64,000 bases of DNA from an uncultured Bacteroidia bacterium (GTDB lineage Bacteria > Bacteroidota > Bacteroidia > Bacteroidales > UBA932): the NCBI GenBank assembly GCA_902794005.1, contig CADBFO010000007.1:9001-73000 (forward strand), read 5' to 3'. Numbering within the stretch: the stretch's first letter is position 1; each line of letters begins with the position of its first letter. The position numbers and the translations under genes were made by a program. The notes beneath the pieces were generated by a model. It worked only from the letters and a program-made list of their open reading frames with translations. It was not told the DNA's origin and made no database searches. Below are positions 38,509 through 48,271 of this stretch, piece after piece.

Positions 38509-38610
38509 TTATACCTTTTCGGGTGTAAATATAAGAAAAATTTATCAAATTATACCCGAAACAATGCAATGGTTCAAAAATAATCCTGGCCTATACCCTG
38601 TCGGGAATAA
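38509..38610. promoter_or_regulatory. Three 20-bp imperfect palindromic operators at 41-bp spacing upstream of hip operon 2
   Basis: TTATACCTTTTCGGGTGTAA (38509), TTATACCCGAAACAATGCAA (38550) and CTATACCCTGTCGGGAATAA (38591). Confidence 0.7.
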
Positions 38611-38758
38611 TTCCAAGGTAAAACTAAGCGGAATTGATAAAGAAGGTAATAGTAGACAGGAGGTTACGCCAAAAGGAATGCCCCTGGAAGAAGCCCTCCG
38701 GCCCCAAACAGCCGAAGACTTACTCTTCCGGGCAGTTCAAAGCTTGTTCTAGCGGGAA

Positions 38759-41119
38759 CTACAGCATTTTGATAAAATAGCCGCCCACTACGCTGCGGGC
38801 CTTGAAGCCACGGCGGCGCGGGCTGTCGGTATATGGCCAGTCGGTCATGGGTACGCGGTCCACCGTCTCGTTCATGAAATCCCAGACCGGAGCAACCAGC
38901 TCCTCGAACTGCTGCGGCGTAGCGGCCATCGTGGCCGTCCAGAGAATCCAGTCGGTCTTGGTATAGCTGTCCCGGCTGTCCAGCGGCAAGCCGTAACGGT
39001 TCTGCCGGGTGAGGTAGTACGGGATTTCCGTCTCCATAATCTTTTCCGGGAAAATCCCCAGGCCCAGCACCTTGTCCCAAACCATGTTGTACTTCTGGCT
39101 CCAGGTTCCCTTGCGATCGAAGGTGAGGGAGTAATGGTCCCCGTCGCGGGCCATTTCTTCCCACTTCCGGGCCATTTCCCGGGCCTTGTCCAGATACTCT
39201 TTTTCGAGCTCCCGTTCGCCCGTCAGCCCGGCCATGTAGCCGTAGGAAGCAATTCCCAGGATGGCTTTCACCGAGAGATTGGCATTGTGGGCCAGGTGGC
39301 CGGCGAAGTCATCGGTACAAAGCTGGTTCTCGGGGTCCAGGCCGTTCTCCACCAGGTAGCCCACCCACCGGGTCAGGGTGTTCCAGTGTTTGCGGGCCAC
39401 GGCGTCGCTCCCGGAGAATTTGCACACGGCGGCACTCATAATGAGCATATTGCCGCTTTCTTCCACCGGCATGTCGGTGGGATAGGTCTGTCCGTTGGCC
39501 AGGGGGAAATTGCCCAGGTCGTGGGCGGGATAGGGCTTGTTCCAGCGGCCGCTTTCGGCATATTCGAAAATGGGGGTAAGCAGGCCTTCGGCCAGCGCAG
39601 GATTGTATTTCAGGAAGAGGGGAGATGCCGGATAGGCCACATCGACCGTGCCTATGAAACCTCCCGAGTTGTTCTCCTTGGAAAGCCACAGCAGTTCCCC
39701 GGAGGGAGCCTGTACCAGCTTGTGCGCGGCCACTGCCTGCCGGTAGGCCAGGGCGCAGAGTTCGGCGTAGGGCCGTCCGCCCTTGTCCAGGGCCTCTTCG
39801 TAAAGCGTCCGGTCGAAGTTGCGGCAACTGCGCATCACGGTCCTGTACTCTTGGCAGGCCAGCTTGAATTGCTGCTCGATGCTGCTCTTTCCGTCACGGT
39901 TCCAGTAAGGCGGCAGGTTTTTCCCGAAATACTGGATGGCGTTTCCGCCATCGTCATAACCCAGCATCACTTTGCCCGATATTTTCTTCACGGCGTTCAT
40001 TTCGCGGACCCAGTTCAGGGTCCCGTCCTCCACCGTGGCGGTTCCGTTCTCGGCGGCCATCAGGAAGCTGCCCCAGTTCTGCCGGACGTCGTCTCCGCAC
40101 CTTCCCAGGGGATTCTGCGTCGCGTTCGATGCCTTCAGCCATACCAGACCGTCTTTTTGATAACTGTCCAGCACGGCCGTCTCGGCTACGACATCGTCCA
40201 GGGCCCATGCGGGACCGGCCTGCAGACGCAAGGTGATATCGTGTTTCTTGCCGTCGCGGCTGCGCACGGTATAGGAGAGGTAGTTCACCGGACGGCTCAC
40301 CAGATCCAGCTTGTCCAGGAGCAGGGGAGCCGTAAACGCCACGTCCAGTTCCACCGGTCCGCACTCGAAGCGATAATGGGTCGTGGTCGCCTGTACATCG
40401 GCCAGCAGCTGGCGGGCCGTGCGCGGCCAGCGCTGCTCCTTTTTGTGGCAGACCACCAGGCCGAAGTCCAGCAGGGCCCGGCCTTTGGGGTTGGCGCCAT
40501 AGGCTTCGATGACGTTTTCGCCTTCGACAAGCAGGTCCCGGGACACGCTCAAAAGCTGACGCTCGCCACGCGGCACCTTCGAGGCCACCTCTTTCCCGTT
40601 CAGCGTAAAATCGCCCCAGTCCTTCAGCGACACTTCCAGATAGAGGTCTCCGTCTGCCGGGACATCGGCCCCGGAGAACGTCCGGCGCACCCAGAGATCG
40701 GGTTTGTCGTCCGGCCACTGACTGAATCCGACTACGTTTTCCCGTGAACTGAATCCCCCCGCACCGGTCTGCCATTCCACGGCATGGCCGGACTTCTTGG
40801 CCGAATCATAGGTGTAGCGTCCCTCCCAGGCCCCTGCGCGGCCCGTCGGAAGAATGGACTGCCAGGTGTCCACCTGATCCCCCATGAACCGGTAATCCTC
40901 GCCATCCACCGTCAACACACCCGTAAAAGGGTAGGCTCTGTTGGACCAGTGCATCGGGGAATGGTCATACAGGTTGTCGTTCCACGACCACACGCTCATG
41001 AACGGGTCGATGGTGACCAGCGGATACGCCGGAGCACGAAGGGTATTGACAGGGAGCTCTCCCTCTGTGCAGGAGAGCAGCACCGCATTTGCGGCCAGCA
41101 GCATCAGAAATCTTTTCAT
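38759..41119 (-). CDS. GtaA/glutaminase-like (DUF4965/DUF5127) lipoprotein, probably carbohydrate-active
   Basis: LRAPAYPLVTIDP, SKENNS.G..GTVDV, MPVEESGNM, QLCTDDFAG, KYNMVWD and TKTDW. Confidence 0.88.
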   Translation of the reverse strand: MKRFLMLLAANAVLLSCTEGELPVNTLRAPAYPLVTIDPFMSVWSWNDNLYDHSPMHWSNRAYPFTGVLTVDGEDYRFMGDQVDTWQSILPTGRAGAWEGRYTYDSAKKSGHAVEWQTGAGGFSSRENVVGFSQWPDDKPDLWVRRTFSGADVPADGDLYLEVSLKDWGDFTLNGKEVASKVPRGERQLLSVSRDLLVEGENVIEAYGANPKGRALLDFGLVVCHKKEQRWPRTARQLLADVQATTTHYRFECGPVELDVAFTAPLLLDKLDLVSRPVNYLSYTVRSRDGKKHDITLRLQAGPAWALDDVVAETAVLDSYQKDGLVWLKASNATQNPLGRCGDDVRQNWGSFLMAAENGTATVEDGTLNWVREMNAVKKISGKVMLGYDDGGNAIQYFGKNLPPYWNRDGKSSIEQQFKLACQEYRTVMRSCRNFDRTLYEEALDKGGRPYAELCALAYRQAVAAHKLVQAPSGELLWLSKENNSGGFIGTVDVAYPASPLFLKYNPALAEGLLTPIFEYAESGRWNKPYPAHDLGNFPLANGQTYPTDMPVEESGNMLIMSAAVCKFSGSDAVARKHWNTLTRWVGYLVENGLDPENQLCTDDFAGHLAHNANLSVKAILGIASYGYMAGLTGERELEKEYLDKAREMARKWEEMARDGDHYSLTFDRKGTWSQKYNMVWDKVLGLGIFPEKIMETEIPYYLTRQNRYGLPLDSRDSYTKTDWILWTATMAATPQQFEELVAPVWDFMNETVDRVPMTDWPYTDSPRRRGFKARSVVGGYFIKML

Positions 41120-41169
41120 ACTTCGGTTCTTAAACAAAAAAACGGGTGCCGCGCTGTTCAAAGCTTGTT

Positions 41170-43932
41170 TCAGAACAGGGTGGGTTCCCAGGTGCCAAAG
41201 TCGGCGGCATCGTCGTCAGAGGGCTCTTCGGGGGAGTTTCCCTTCAGAAGTTCGGCGGCCTGGCCGGTCTGCTCGATGGGATCGTCGGGCTGGAATTCCA
41301 TCTCGATGGGCTCTTCTTCATCCGGTGCTCCCGCTATTTCCGGTTCCTGGGGTTCCAGGTCATCCTCCGGCTTGTGCAGCGGCTCGCCGAAAGCCACGGA
41401 TTTGAGGTCCATGGAAGAGCACTTCTTACCCTTGGCCGTAAGGCCTTTCTTGGCGATAAATTCTTCTACGTCAACGGTTTCCGCTTCGCGGTGCCTGAAC
41501 TTCCCGCCGAAGGTGAGGACCATCTGCGGATGGAGGTCCGAGGATATGTCCACAAGTTTGGAGCCGCGGGCGTCGGCAATGAACAGGACGGGTGTATTGT
41601 TGCTTTCCGTGAAGCTGAAGCGTTTCACATAGAAGGCCTTGGCGGCGTTGTCCCAATACAGCACCGTATATACGCGGGCGGGGTCGAATTTCTCCACACG
41701 GATCACATCTCCCTGATACTTGTTCACCACGTCGTAGGTGGTGGTGTAGTAGGTGCCGTCGGCAAAGACGGCCAGCACGCGGTCTTCTCCGGAGAATTTT
41801 CCCAGAAGCTGTCCGCGGCCTTCCTCGTTGAGGCGCTGGATGTCCGGATCCCACCAGATGTCCTTTCCCTTGAGGGTGGTCACCCCCTTGGATTTGAGCT
41901 GGGTGCGGGCAATGGCGTTCTTGGTGACCAGATTGCCGCGGGAACCGCGGCCCTTGATGGCCAGGTTGGAGAAATCCCACTCCATGGACGATTTCTTGAG
42001 CCCTTTCTTGGGACGGAACTGGATACGGACACTCTCGGCCTCTCCGTTGTGGTTCACGGTGAACCAGAGGATGCGGGTGCCTTCGGCTCCGGAGGTGATG
42101 TCGTAATCCTTGTCGCGGGTGACGGAGGTGATGGCGAAACGCTTGGCATAGTGGTTGGGGCCCTTGCCGTCGCGGTAAATGACGTTGTAGATGGTGCGCT
42201 CATCCCCGCGGTTGAAAACGCCGGCATACAGGAGGTCCTTCCAGAAGAAGGCCTTGTCGCTCACCTTGGTCACGCGGAACTTGCCGTCCCGGGCAATGAC
42301 GATGACTTCGCTCAGGTCGGAACAGTCGCACACATATTCGCCTTCGTCCTTGCGCAGGCCGATGCCCACGAAGCCTTCTTCCAGGTTGGCGTACAGCTTG
42401 GCATTGTTGGAGACCACTTTGGTGACGGTGATGTTCTCCAGCGAAGAGATTTCCGTCAGACGCGGCCACTGCCTGCCGTATTTCCGCTTGAGTTCCTTGA
42501 ACCAGTCGATGGTGAACTCGATGATGTGGGCCAGGTTTTCCCGGACTTCCTTCATCTGGTCCTCGAGGGCATAGATTTTCTCGTCCAGGGCCTTGGTATC
42601 GAACTTGGAAATCTTTCGGACCGGCTTTTCCACCAGTTTCAGGATGTCTTCCATCACAATCTCCCGGTGCAGCAGGTCCTCGTAGTGCTTCATCTGGGAC
42701 AGGATGTCGTCCAACTGCTCTTCCCAGCTCATCTGGTTCTGTTCCAGGACTTTATAGATTCGGTTTTCGAAGAAGATGCGCTCCAGGGAAGTATAGTGCC
42801 AGTCTTCCTCCAGCTCTGCCAGGCGGTATTCCAGCTGGGCCTGCAGGATGTCGCGGGTATGCCAGGTGTCGTACTCCAGAATCTCGTTCACGGTAAGGAA
42901 TACAGGCTTGTTGTCGCGGATGACGCAGGCATTGGGCGCTATCTTGGTTTCGCACTCGGTGAAGGCGTAGAGGGCGTCGATGGTCTTGTCCGGCGAAACA
43001 TCGGCCGGAAGGTGGATGACAATCTCCACCTTGTCGGTGGTCATGTCCTCAATCTTCTTGATGTTGATTTTTTTCTTGTCCTTGGCCTTGAGGATGCTGT
43101 CGATGATGGCATGGGAGGTTTTCCCGAAAGGAATCTCCGTGATGGTGATGGTGTTCTTGTCCACCTTGTTGATGCGGGCGCGCACCTTCACCATGCCGCC
43201 GCGCTTGCCCTGGTTGTATTTGGAGCAGTCTGCAATGCCCCCGGTAGGGAAGTCCGGCAGAATCTCGAAGGGCTGCCCCTTCAGGATGGCGATGGAAGCG
43301 TCCAGCAGTTCGTTGAAATTGTGCGGCAGAATCTTGGAGGATAGACCGGCGGCGATGCCTTCGGTTCCCTGGGCCAGCAGGAGCGGAAAACGCACCGGCA
43401 GTTCCGTGGGTTCCTGGTTCCGGCCGTCGTAGGACGTCATCCAGGGAGTGACCTTCTTGTCGAAGACCACTTCCTTGGCGAACTTGGACAGGCGGGCCTC
43501 GATGTAACGGGGAGCGGCGTTGGAGTCTCCGGTGAGGATGTTGCCCCAGTTGCCCTGGCAGTCTATGAGCAGGCCTTTCTGTCCCAGCGTCACCAGGGCG
43601 CCCAGGATGGAGGCATCTCCGTGCGGATGGTACTGCATGGCCTGGCCCACGATGTTGGCCACCTTGGTGTAGCGGCCGTCGTCCATCTGGGCCATGGTGT
43701 GCAACACGCGGCGCTGGACCGGCTTGAAACCGTCCACGATGTGCGGCACGGCGCGGTCCAGGATGGTATAAGACGCATAGTCCAGGTACCATTCCTTGAA
43801 CATGCCGGACAGTTTGTACTTTTTGCTGTCGCTGCCCAGCAGCCTTTCGAATTTACCCGACGCAGCAGCGTCTTCTCCCAGTTCTTCGTCTTCTTCTTCC
43901 GGGTTCTTGATGTCGTCCCAATCTTCTGCCAT
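41170..43932 (-). CDS. parC: DNA topoisomerase IV subunit A
   Basis: DGFKPVQRR, YHPHGDAS and AAPRYIEARL. Bacteroidetes ParC-type N-terminus. Confidence 0.9.
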   Translation of the reverse strand: MAEDWDDIKNPEEEDEELGEDAAASGKFERLLGSDSKKYKLSGMFKEWYLDYASYTILDRAVPHIVDGFKPVQRRVLHTMAQMDDGRYTKVANIVGQAMQYHPHGDASILGALVTLGQKGLLIDCQGNWGNILTGDSNAAPRYIEARLSKFAKEVVFDKKVTPWMTSYDGRNQEPTELPVRFPLLLAQGTEGIAAGLSSKILPHNFNELLDASIAILKGQPFEILPDFPTGGIADCSKYNQGKRGGMVKVRARINKVDKNTITITEIPFGKTSHAIIDSILKAKDKKKINIKKIEDMTTDKVEIVIHLPADVSPDKTIDALYAFTECETKIAPNACVIRDNKPVFLTVNEILEYDTWHTRDILQAQLEYRLAELEEDWHYTSLERIFFENRIYKVLEQNQMSWEEQLDDILSQMKHYEDLLHREIVMEDILKLVEKPVRKISKFDTKALDEKIYALEDQMKEVRENLAHIIEFTIDWFKELKRKYGRQWPRLTEISSLENITVTKVVSNNAKLYANLEEGFVGIGLRKDEGEYVCDCSDLSEVIVIARDGKFRVTKVSDKAFFWKDLLYAGVFNRGDERTIYNVIYRDGKGPNHYAKRFAITSVTRDKDYDITSGAEGTRILWFTVNHNGEAESVRIQFRPKKGLKKSSMEWDFSNLAIKGRGSRGNLVTKNAIARTQLKSKGVTTLKGKDIWWDPDIQRLNEEGRGQLLGKFSGEDRVLAVFADGTYYTTTYDVVNKYQGDVIRVEKFDPARVYTVLYWDNAAKAFYVKRFSFTESNNTPVLFIADARGSKLVDISSDLHPQMVLTFGGKFRHREAETVDVEEFIAKKGLTAKGKKCSSMDLKSVAFGEPLHKPEDDLEPQEPEIAGAPDEEEPIEMEFQPDDPIEQTGQAAELLKGNSPEEPSDDDAADFGTWEPTLF

Positions 43933-43950
43933 ATAACATTGCATTTATGG

Positions 43951-44008
43951 AGATCCTTCGGCCCCGGAATGACAAGGGAAATGTCATTCTGAGCGAAGCG
44001 AAGAATCT
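43951..44008. repeat. Intergenic inverted pair of the TGTCATTCTGAG repeat family, overlapping the era stop codon
   Basis: AGATCCTTCGGCCCCGGAATGACA (43951-43974) and TGTCATTCTGAGCGAAGCGAAGAATCT (43982-44008). Confidence 0.9.
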
Positions 44009-44888
44009 AATACTCATACCCGAAGCGGCGGAGTTCCTTTCGGCTTTCCCGCCAGTCGGGGTCCACTTTCACAAATGTACTCAGGAAGACCTTCTTCTGA
44101 AAGAAATCTTCCATCTCCAGTCGGGCTTCGGTGCCCACTTTCTTGAGCATCTTTCCACCCTTGCCGATGATGATGCCCTTCTGCGAATCCCGCATCACGT
44201 AAATGACGGCGGAAATTTCGTAACGGTCTTCGCCCTCGTGGAAGGCTTCGATCTCCACCTGGCAGGAGTAGGGGATTTCCTCGCTGTAGTTGAGGAAAAT
44301 CTTCTCCCGCAGGATTTCCGAGGCGAAGAAACGCAGGTTCTTGTCGGTGAACTGGTCTTTGTCGAACCAGGCCGGCGCCTCCGGCAGACGGCTGCTCACC
44401 GCTTCCAGGATGCTTTCCAGATTGAATTTCTCCTGGGCCGATGCGGGGATAATCTCTGCGTCGGGCAACTGCTCTTTCCACCAGCCCATGAGTTCCACCA
44501 CCTTTTCCTGGGTGGCCAGGTCGATCTTGTTGATGACCAGCACCACGGGGCAGCCCACTTTGCGCAGTTTCTCGATATAGGCTTCGTTCTTGTCCCCCTT
44601 TTCCACCACGTCCGTGACGTAGAGGATGATGTCGGCATCTCCGATGGCGGTGTCCACGAAGGCGAGCATGTTCTGCTGCAGGCGGTAGTTGGGCTTCAGG
44701 ATACCGGGCGTGTCGGAATAGACAATCTGGTAGTCCTCCCCGCTCACGATACCCATGATGCGGTGCCGGGTGGTCTGCGCCTTCGCGGTCACGATGGAAA
44801 GCTTCTCACCCACCAATGCATTCATGAGGGTGCTTTTCCCCACGTTGGGGTTGCCGATAATGTTGACGAAACCTGCTCTGTGTGCCAT
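44007..44888 (-). CDS. era: GTPase Era
   Basis: GNPNVGKST, QTTR, DTPG, NKID and KH-domain SQKGIIIGKGG. Confidence 0.97.
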   Translation of the reverse strand: MAHRAGFVNIIGNPNVGKSTLMNALVGEKLSIVTAKAQTTRHRIMGIVSGEDYQIVYSDTPGILKPNYRLQQNMLAFVDTAIGDADIILYVTDVVEKGDKNEAYIEKLRKVGCPVVLVINKIDLATQEKVVELMGWWKEQLPDAEIIPASAQEKFNLESILEAVSSRLPEAPAWFDKDQFTDKNLRFFASEILREKIFLNYSEEIPYSCQVEIEAFHEGEDRYEISAVIYVMRDSQKGIIIGKGGKMLKKVGTEARLEMEDFFQKKVFLSTFVKVDPDWRESRKELRRFGYEY

Positions 44889-44889
44889 G

Positions 44890-46032
44890 TTATACGTATG
44901 CTCCCATCTTGAGGATGTTCACTTCGCCTTCGGTAAGATAGCGCCAGTCGCTCTTCTTGAGCCCCTTCTTGGTAAGGCCGGCGAAATAGACGCGGTCCAG
45001 GGCCCTGACCTCGTAGCCCAGGGTTTCGAAGATGCGGCGGACGATGCGGTTTTTGCCGGAGTGGATTTCGATTCCCAGCTGACGGTGGTCATGGGCGTCG
45101 ATGAACTCCAGCTCGTCGGCGGCGATGAGGCCGTCGCTGAGCTCGATGCCGGCGAGGATTTTCTGCTGGTCTTCGTCCTTGAGCGGAGCATCCAGCACTA
45201 CCTGGTAAATCTTTTTCTTGTTATAGGAGGGATGGGTAAGATGCTCGGCCATCTCTCCGTCATTGGTGAACATGAGGACCCCGGTGGTGTTCTTGTCCAG
45301 CCGTCCCACGGGGAATACGCGGGTAGGGCAGCCTTTCAGAAGATCCATTACGGTTTTCTCGGCGTGCGGATCGCTGGCGGTGGTCACATAGCCCTTGGGC
45401 TTGTTCATCACAATGTACACTTTCTCTTCTCCTTTGAGGCGCTGTCCGTTGAAGCGGACATCGTCCGTGAGGACATTCACCTTGGTGCCCAGTTCGGTCA
45501 CCACTTCTCCGTTCACGGTCACTACGCCGCTCTGGATGAGGGTGTCGGCTTCACGCCGGGAACAAACGCCGGAATTGGCGATGAATTTGTTCAGGCGCAC
45601 CACTTCCTGGATTTCGGTGGGAGCGGTGTCGTTGTCGCTGTAGCGGCCGCTCACCTGGGGCTTGCGGCTGAGCATGGCTTTCATGCCGGCATCGGCCTCG
45701 CTGCGTTTGTTGTACGGTTTGCGGGTGCCGGGACGGCCCTGGCCGAAAGACGGTTTTCCATAACCGCTCTTGCGGGGAGGGCCGCTTCTGCGCTCTCCAT
45801 AGGAGGACGATTTGCGCTCTCCGAAAGAGGGTTTGTGCTCCCCGTAAGAAGACTTGTGTTCCCCATAGCGGGGCTTGCGGTCTCCGTAGGCGGGACGGTC
45901 TTCGTGGTAACGGCGGGCCGGCCGCTCCGATGAATCGAAACTGCGGCTGGTGCTGTAGTCAACCTTTTCTGCGTGGCCTTCAGCAGGCCTTCTGACGATA
46001 CGTTTTCTCGTACCTTTCTTGATTTCTTCCAT
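44890..46032 (-). CDS. rluB: RluB/RsuA-family pseudouridine synthase with low-complexity N-terminal extension
   Basis: S4 domain RLNKFIANSGVCSRREAD, NKPKG and VGRLD. Start MEEIKK at 46032. Confidence 0.85.
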   Translation of the reverse strand: MEEIKKGTRKRIVRRPAEGHAEKVDYSTSRSFDSSERPARRYHEDRPAYGDRKPRYGEHKSSYGEHKPSFGERKSSSYGERRSGPPRKSGYGKPSFGQGRPGTRKPYNKRSEADAGMKAMLSRKPQVSGRYSDNDTAPTEIQEVVRLNKFIANSGVCSRREADTLIQSGVVTVNGEVVTELGTKVNVLTDDVRFNGQRLKGEEKVYIVMNKPKGYVTTASDPHAEKTVMDLLKGCPTRVFPVGRLDKNTTGVLMFTNDGEMAEHLTHPSYNKKKIYQVVLDAPLKDEDQQKILAGIELSDGLIAADELEFIDAHDHRQLGIEIHSGKNRIVRRIFETLGYEVRALDRVYFAGLTKKGLKKSDWRYLTEGEVNILKMGAYV

Positions 46033-46067
46033 AAGATAAATACACTGACTGGCTCGACTCACGTCGA

Positions 46068-46856
46068 TTACTTGAGTTTGAAGATATAGGTTATCGTTCC
46101 GGTTTGAATGGCGGGCGCATTGGCGTCCATATTAAAATGTGCCTTGAGGGCGGCGTTTCGGGCGGCCGTCCACAGGGTTTTGTCGGTTACCGTGGTGCCT
46201 TCCGCACCGGCGACGGCTTCGGTTACGTTTCCGTACTGGTCCACCTTCACCTGCACCACGACGGTGCCGGCCGTCTGGGAATTGTAGGAAGGACGGGGGA
46301 GGGAGCCCACCACATTACGCCCTTTCACGTGGGCGTTGGCGCTGCCTTCCGTCTTGCCTTCCTTGGTGTTGCCGTCCGGCTGGCCGGCCTTGAACCCCTC
46401 GGAGGCTTCTGTGGCACTGTGCGGAGCGGTGGCGCTGTTGTCCTTTTGGCTCATGCCCGGGAAGGAGGCACGCGGGTCCAGCTTGGGCTCTTCCACCTTG
46501 GGGGCGGGCACTTCGACGTCCCCGTGCGTGTCCGGTTTGGCGGCCGGCGTCACGTTGGGACGGTCGTTCACATGCGGGGATTCCGCCTTCTGCACCAGTT
46601 CCACCTCTTTGGAGAGGTCCACTTCTTCGGCCTGGGGCTGCCGGCCCACTTGGGTCTGGACGGGCTTTCTCTCCTGCACCTCTTCTTCAAATTCAATGAG
46701 GAGGGACGTCCTTTCCGGCGGCGGGGGATCCAGATAGCTGAGACCGCTGGTGAGCAGCAGCACCAGCGCGGCGGCGTGAATCCCCGCCGTGGCCAGGATT
46801 CCGGTCACGGTGGCATTCTTTTCCCGCTTCTGTTGCGTGCGCTGGTACGGTTGCAT
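46068..46856 (-). CDS. tonB: TonB-family energy transducer
   Basis: N-terminal TM with His, Pro-rich linker and GTVVVQVKVDQYGNV C-domain. Downstream of exbBD. Confidence 0.85.
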   Translation of the reverse strand: MQPYQRTQQKREKNATVTGILATAGIHAAALVLLLTSGLSYLDPPPPERTSLLIEFEEEVQERKPVQTQVGRQPQAEEVDLSKEVELVQKAESPHVNDRPNVTPAAKPDTHGDVEVPAPKVEEPKLDPRASFPGMSQKDNSATAPHSATEASEGFKAGQPDGNTKEGKTEGSANAHVKGRNVVGSLPRPSYNSQTAGTVVVQVKVDQYGNVTEAVAGAEGTTVTDKTLWTAARNAALKAHFNMDANAPAIQTGTITYIFKLK

Positions 46857-46859
46857 AGG

Positions 46860-47270
46860 CTATTCCGCTTGGGTTGCCAGGATTACTTTGTAGTGATTGC
46901 GCTTGGCGATGTTCATCATCTGAACCACTTCTCCCACGGGAACGCTCTGGTCGCTGAAAATGGAGAAGGTGGGATCCTCTTCCTGGGAAAGCAGGCCGAT
47001 GAGCTCCATCTCCACTTCTTCGTAGGGAATGGGATCCTTGGCGCCGTTCACATGGTAGGTGTACGTCTCGTCACCCCAGTCCTTGATGCTCACGCTTACG
47101 GTGGCCTTGGCGTTTACCTGCCCCGTGCTCTTGGGCAGCAGGAGCTTGAGGGCGTTGGGGTTGATGAGCGTGGACGTCACCAGGAAGAAAATCAGCAGCA
47201 GGAACACGATATCCGTCATGCTGGATACCGAGAACGTGGCGTCAACCTTGGTGTTTCTCTTGAGTGCCAT
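46860..47270 (-). CDS. exbD: Biopolymer transporter ExbD
   Basis: SMTDIVFLLLIFF. Confidence 0.93.
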   Translation of the reverse strand: MALKRNTKVDATFSVSSMTDIVFLLLIFFLVTSTLINPNALKLLLPKSTGQVNAKATVSVSIKDWGDETYTYHVNGAKDPIPYEEVEMELIGLLSQEEDPTFSIFSDQSVPVGEVVQMMNIAKRNHYKVILATQAE

Positions 47271-47273
47271 ACG

Positions 47274-47993
47274 CTACTGCTCCTGGACGGGTTCTTCGTT
47301 GATGACGATGTCGATGAACTCCATGGTGGAGCTTTCCATCTTATACACCAGGTCGCTGACCTTGGACGTGAGCCAGTTGTAGCCGAAGTAGGCAATGATA
47401 CCTACGATAAGGCCGCCCACGGTGGTGAGCATGGCCGTGTAGATACCGCCGCTGAGGAGGGTGATGTCAATGTTGTTGCCGGCCTTGGACATGTTGAAGA
47501 AGGCCTGCACCATGCCCATGACGGTGCCCAGGAAACCGATCATCGGGGCGCCGCCGGCGATGGTGGCCAGCAGCGGAAGGCCTTTCTCCAGACGGGCCAC
47601 CTCTACGTTGCCGATGTTTTCGATGGCGCTCTGGATGTCGGCCATGGGGCGTCCCAGGCGGTGGATGCCGGTCTCGATCATGCGGGCCACCGGATTGTCA
47701 TACTTCCGGCAAAGGGTGACGGCGCTCTTGGTCTTGCCCTCGGAAACATAGTCTCGGATGTCCTGCATGAAGTGAGGGTCTATTTTGGAGGCGTTGTTGA
47801 TGGTCCACCATTTGCGGCCGATCAGGTAGATGGCCAGGATGCTGAGGGCCAGGAGGACCCACATCAGGGGACCGCCCATGGTGAACATGGACCAGAGGCT
47901 CTCGTTCATGACGGTGGGCTGGATGGGATTCACCGCCTCGGCGCTCTGTGCGAGGGTGTCGGCGAGATCGGCTTGAAGAAGAGGAAATAACAT
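47274..47993 (-). CDS. exbB: MotA/TolQ/ExbB proton channel
   Basis: APMIGFLGTVMGM and GIYTAMLTTVGGL. Confidence 0.93.
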   Translation of the reverse strand: MLFPLLQADLADTLAQSAEAVNPIQPTVMNESLWSMFTMGGPLMWVLLALSILAIYLIGRKWWTINNASKIDPHFMQDIRDYVSEGKTKSAVTLCRKYDNPVARMIETGIHRLGRPMADIQSAIENIGNVEVARLEKGLPLLATIAGGAPMIGFLGTVMGMVQAFFNMSKAGNNIDITLLSGGIYTAMLTTVGGLIVGIIAYFGYNWLTSKVSDLVYKMESSTMEFIDIVINEEPVQEQ

Positions 47994-48219
47994 ATTCTGC
48001 GGTTTTTACTAAATTCTATCCAATTTGCAAAGATAAAAAAATCCCGGTACTTCTGCAAGTTCCGGGAATTTTTGACAAGATGCCCCCTGCACCGGCGCTT
48101 GGCTTGCACAGATGGGTATGCCAGTTCAGCAGAACGCCGCCATGATGTGACATGGCGGCAAGTTTATTATCTATTTCTTATCGCACAGGGGGGCTGTCCC
48201 CGTGTGTTATTAAAATATT

Positions 48220-48254
48220 GCCCCGCACCATTGCGGTGTGCTTCGATGCGGGGC
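48220..48254 (-). terminator. Hairpin downstream of the fimbrillin-like gene
   Basis: GCCCCGCA...TGCGGGGC stem followed on the minus strand by an AT-rich tract. Confidence 0.55.
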
Positions 48255-48271
48255 GGGAGGTCATCAGTTAA

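Noticed and set aside
45780-45900. YGE(H/R)K repeats at the N-terminus of the pseudouridine synthase
   Set aside because: Low-complexity extensions are ordinary for Bacteroidetes RluB-type proteins.
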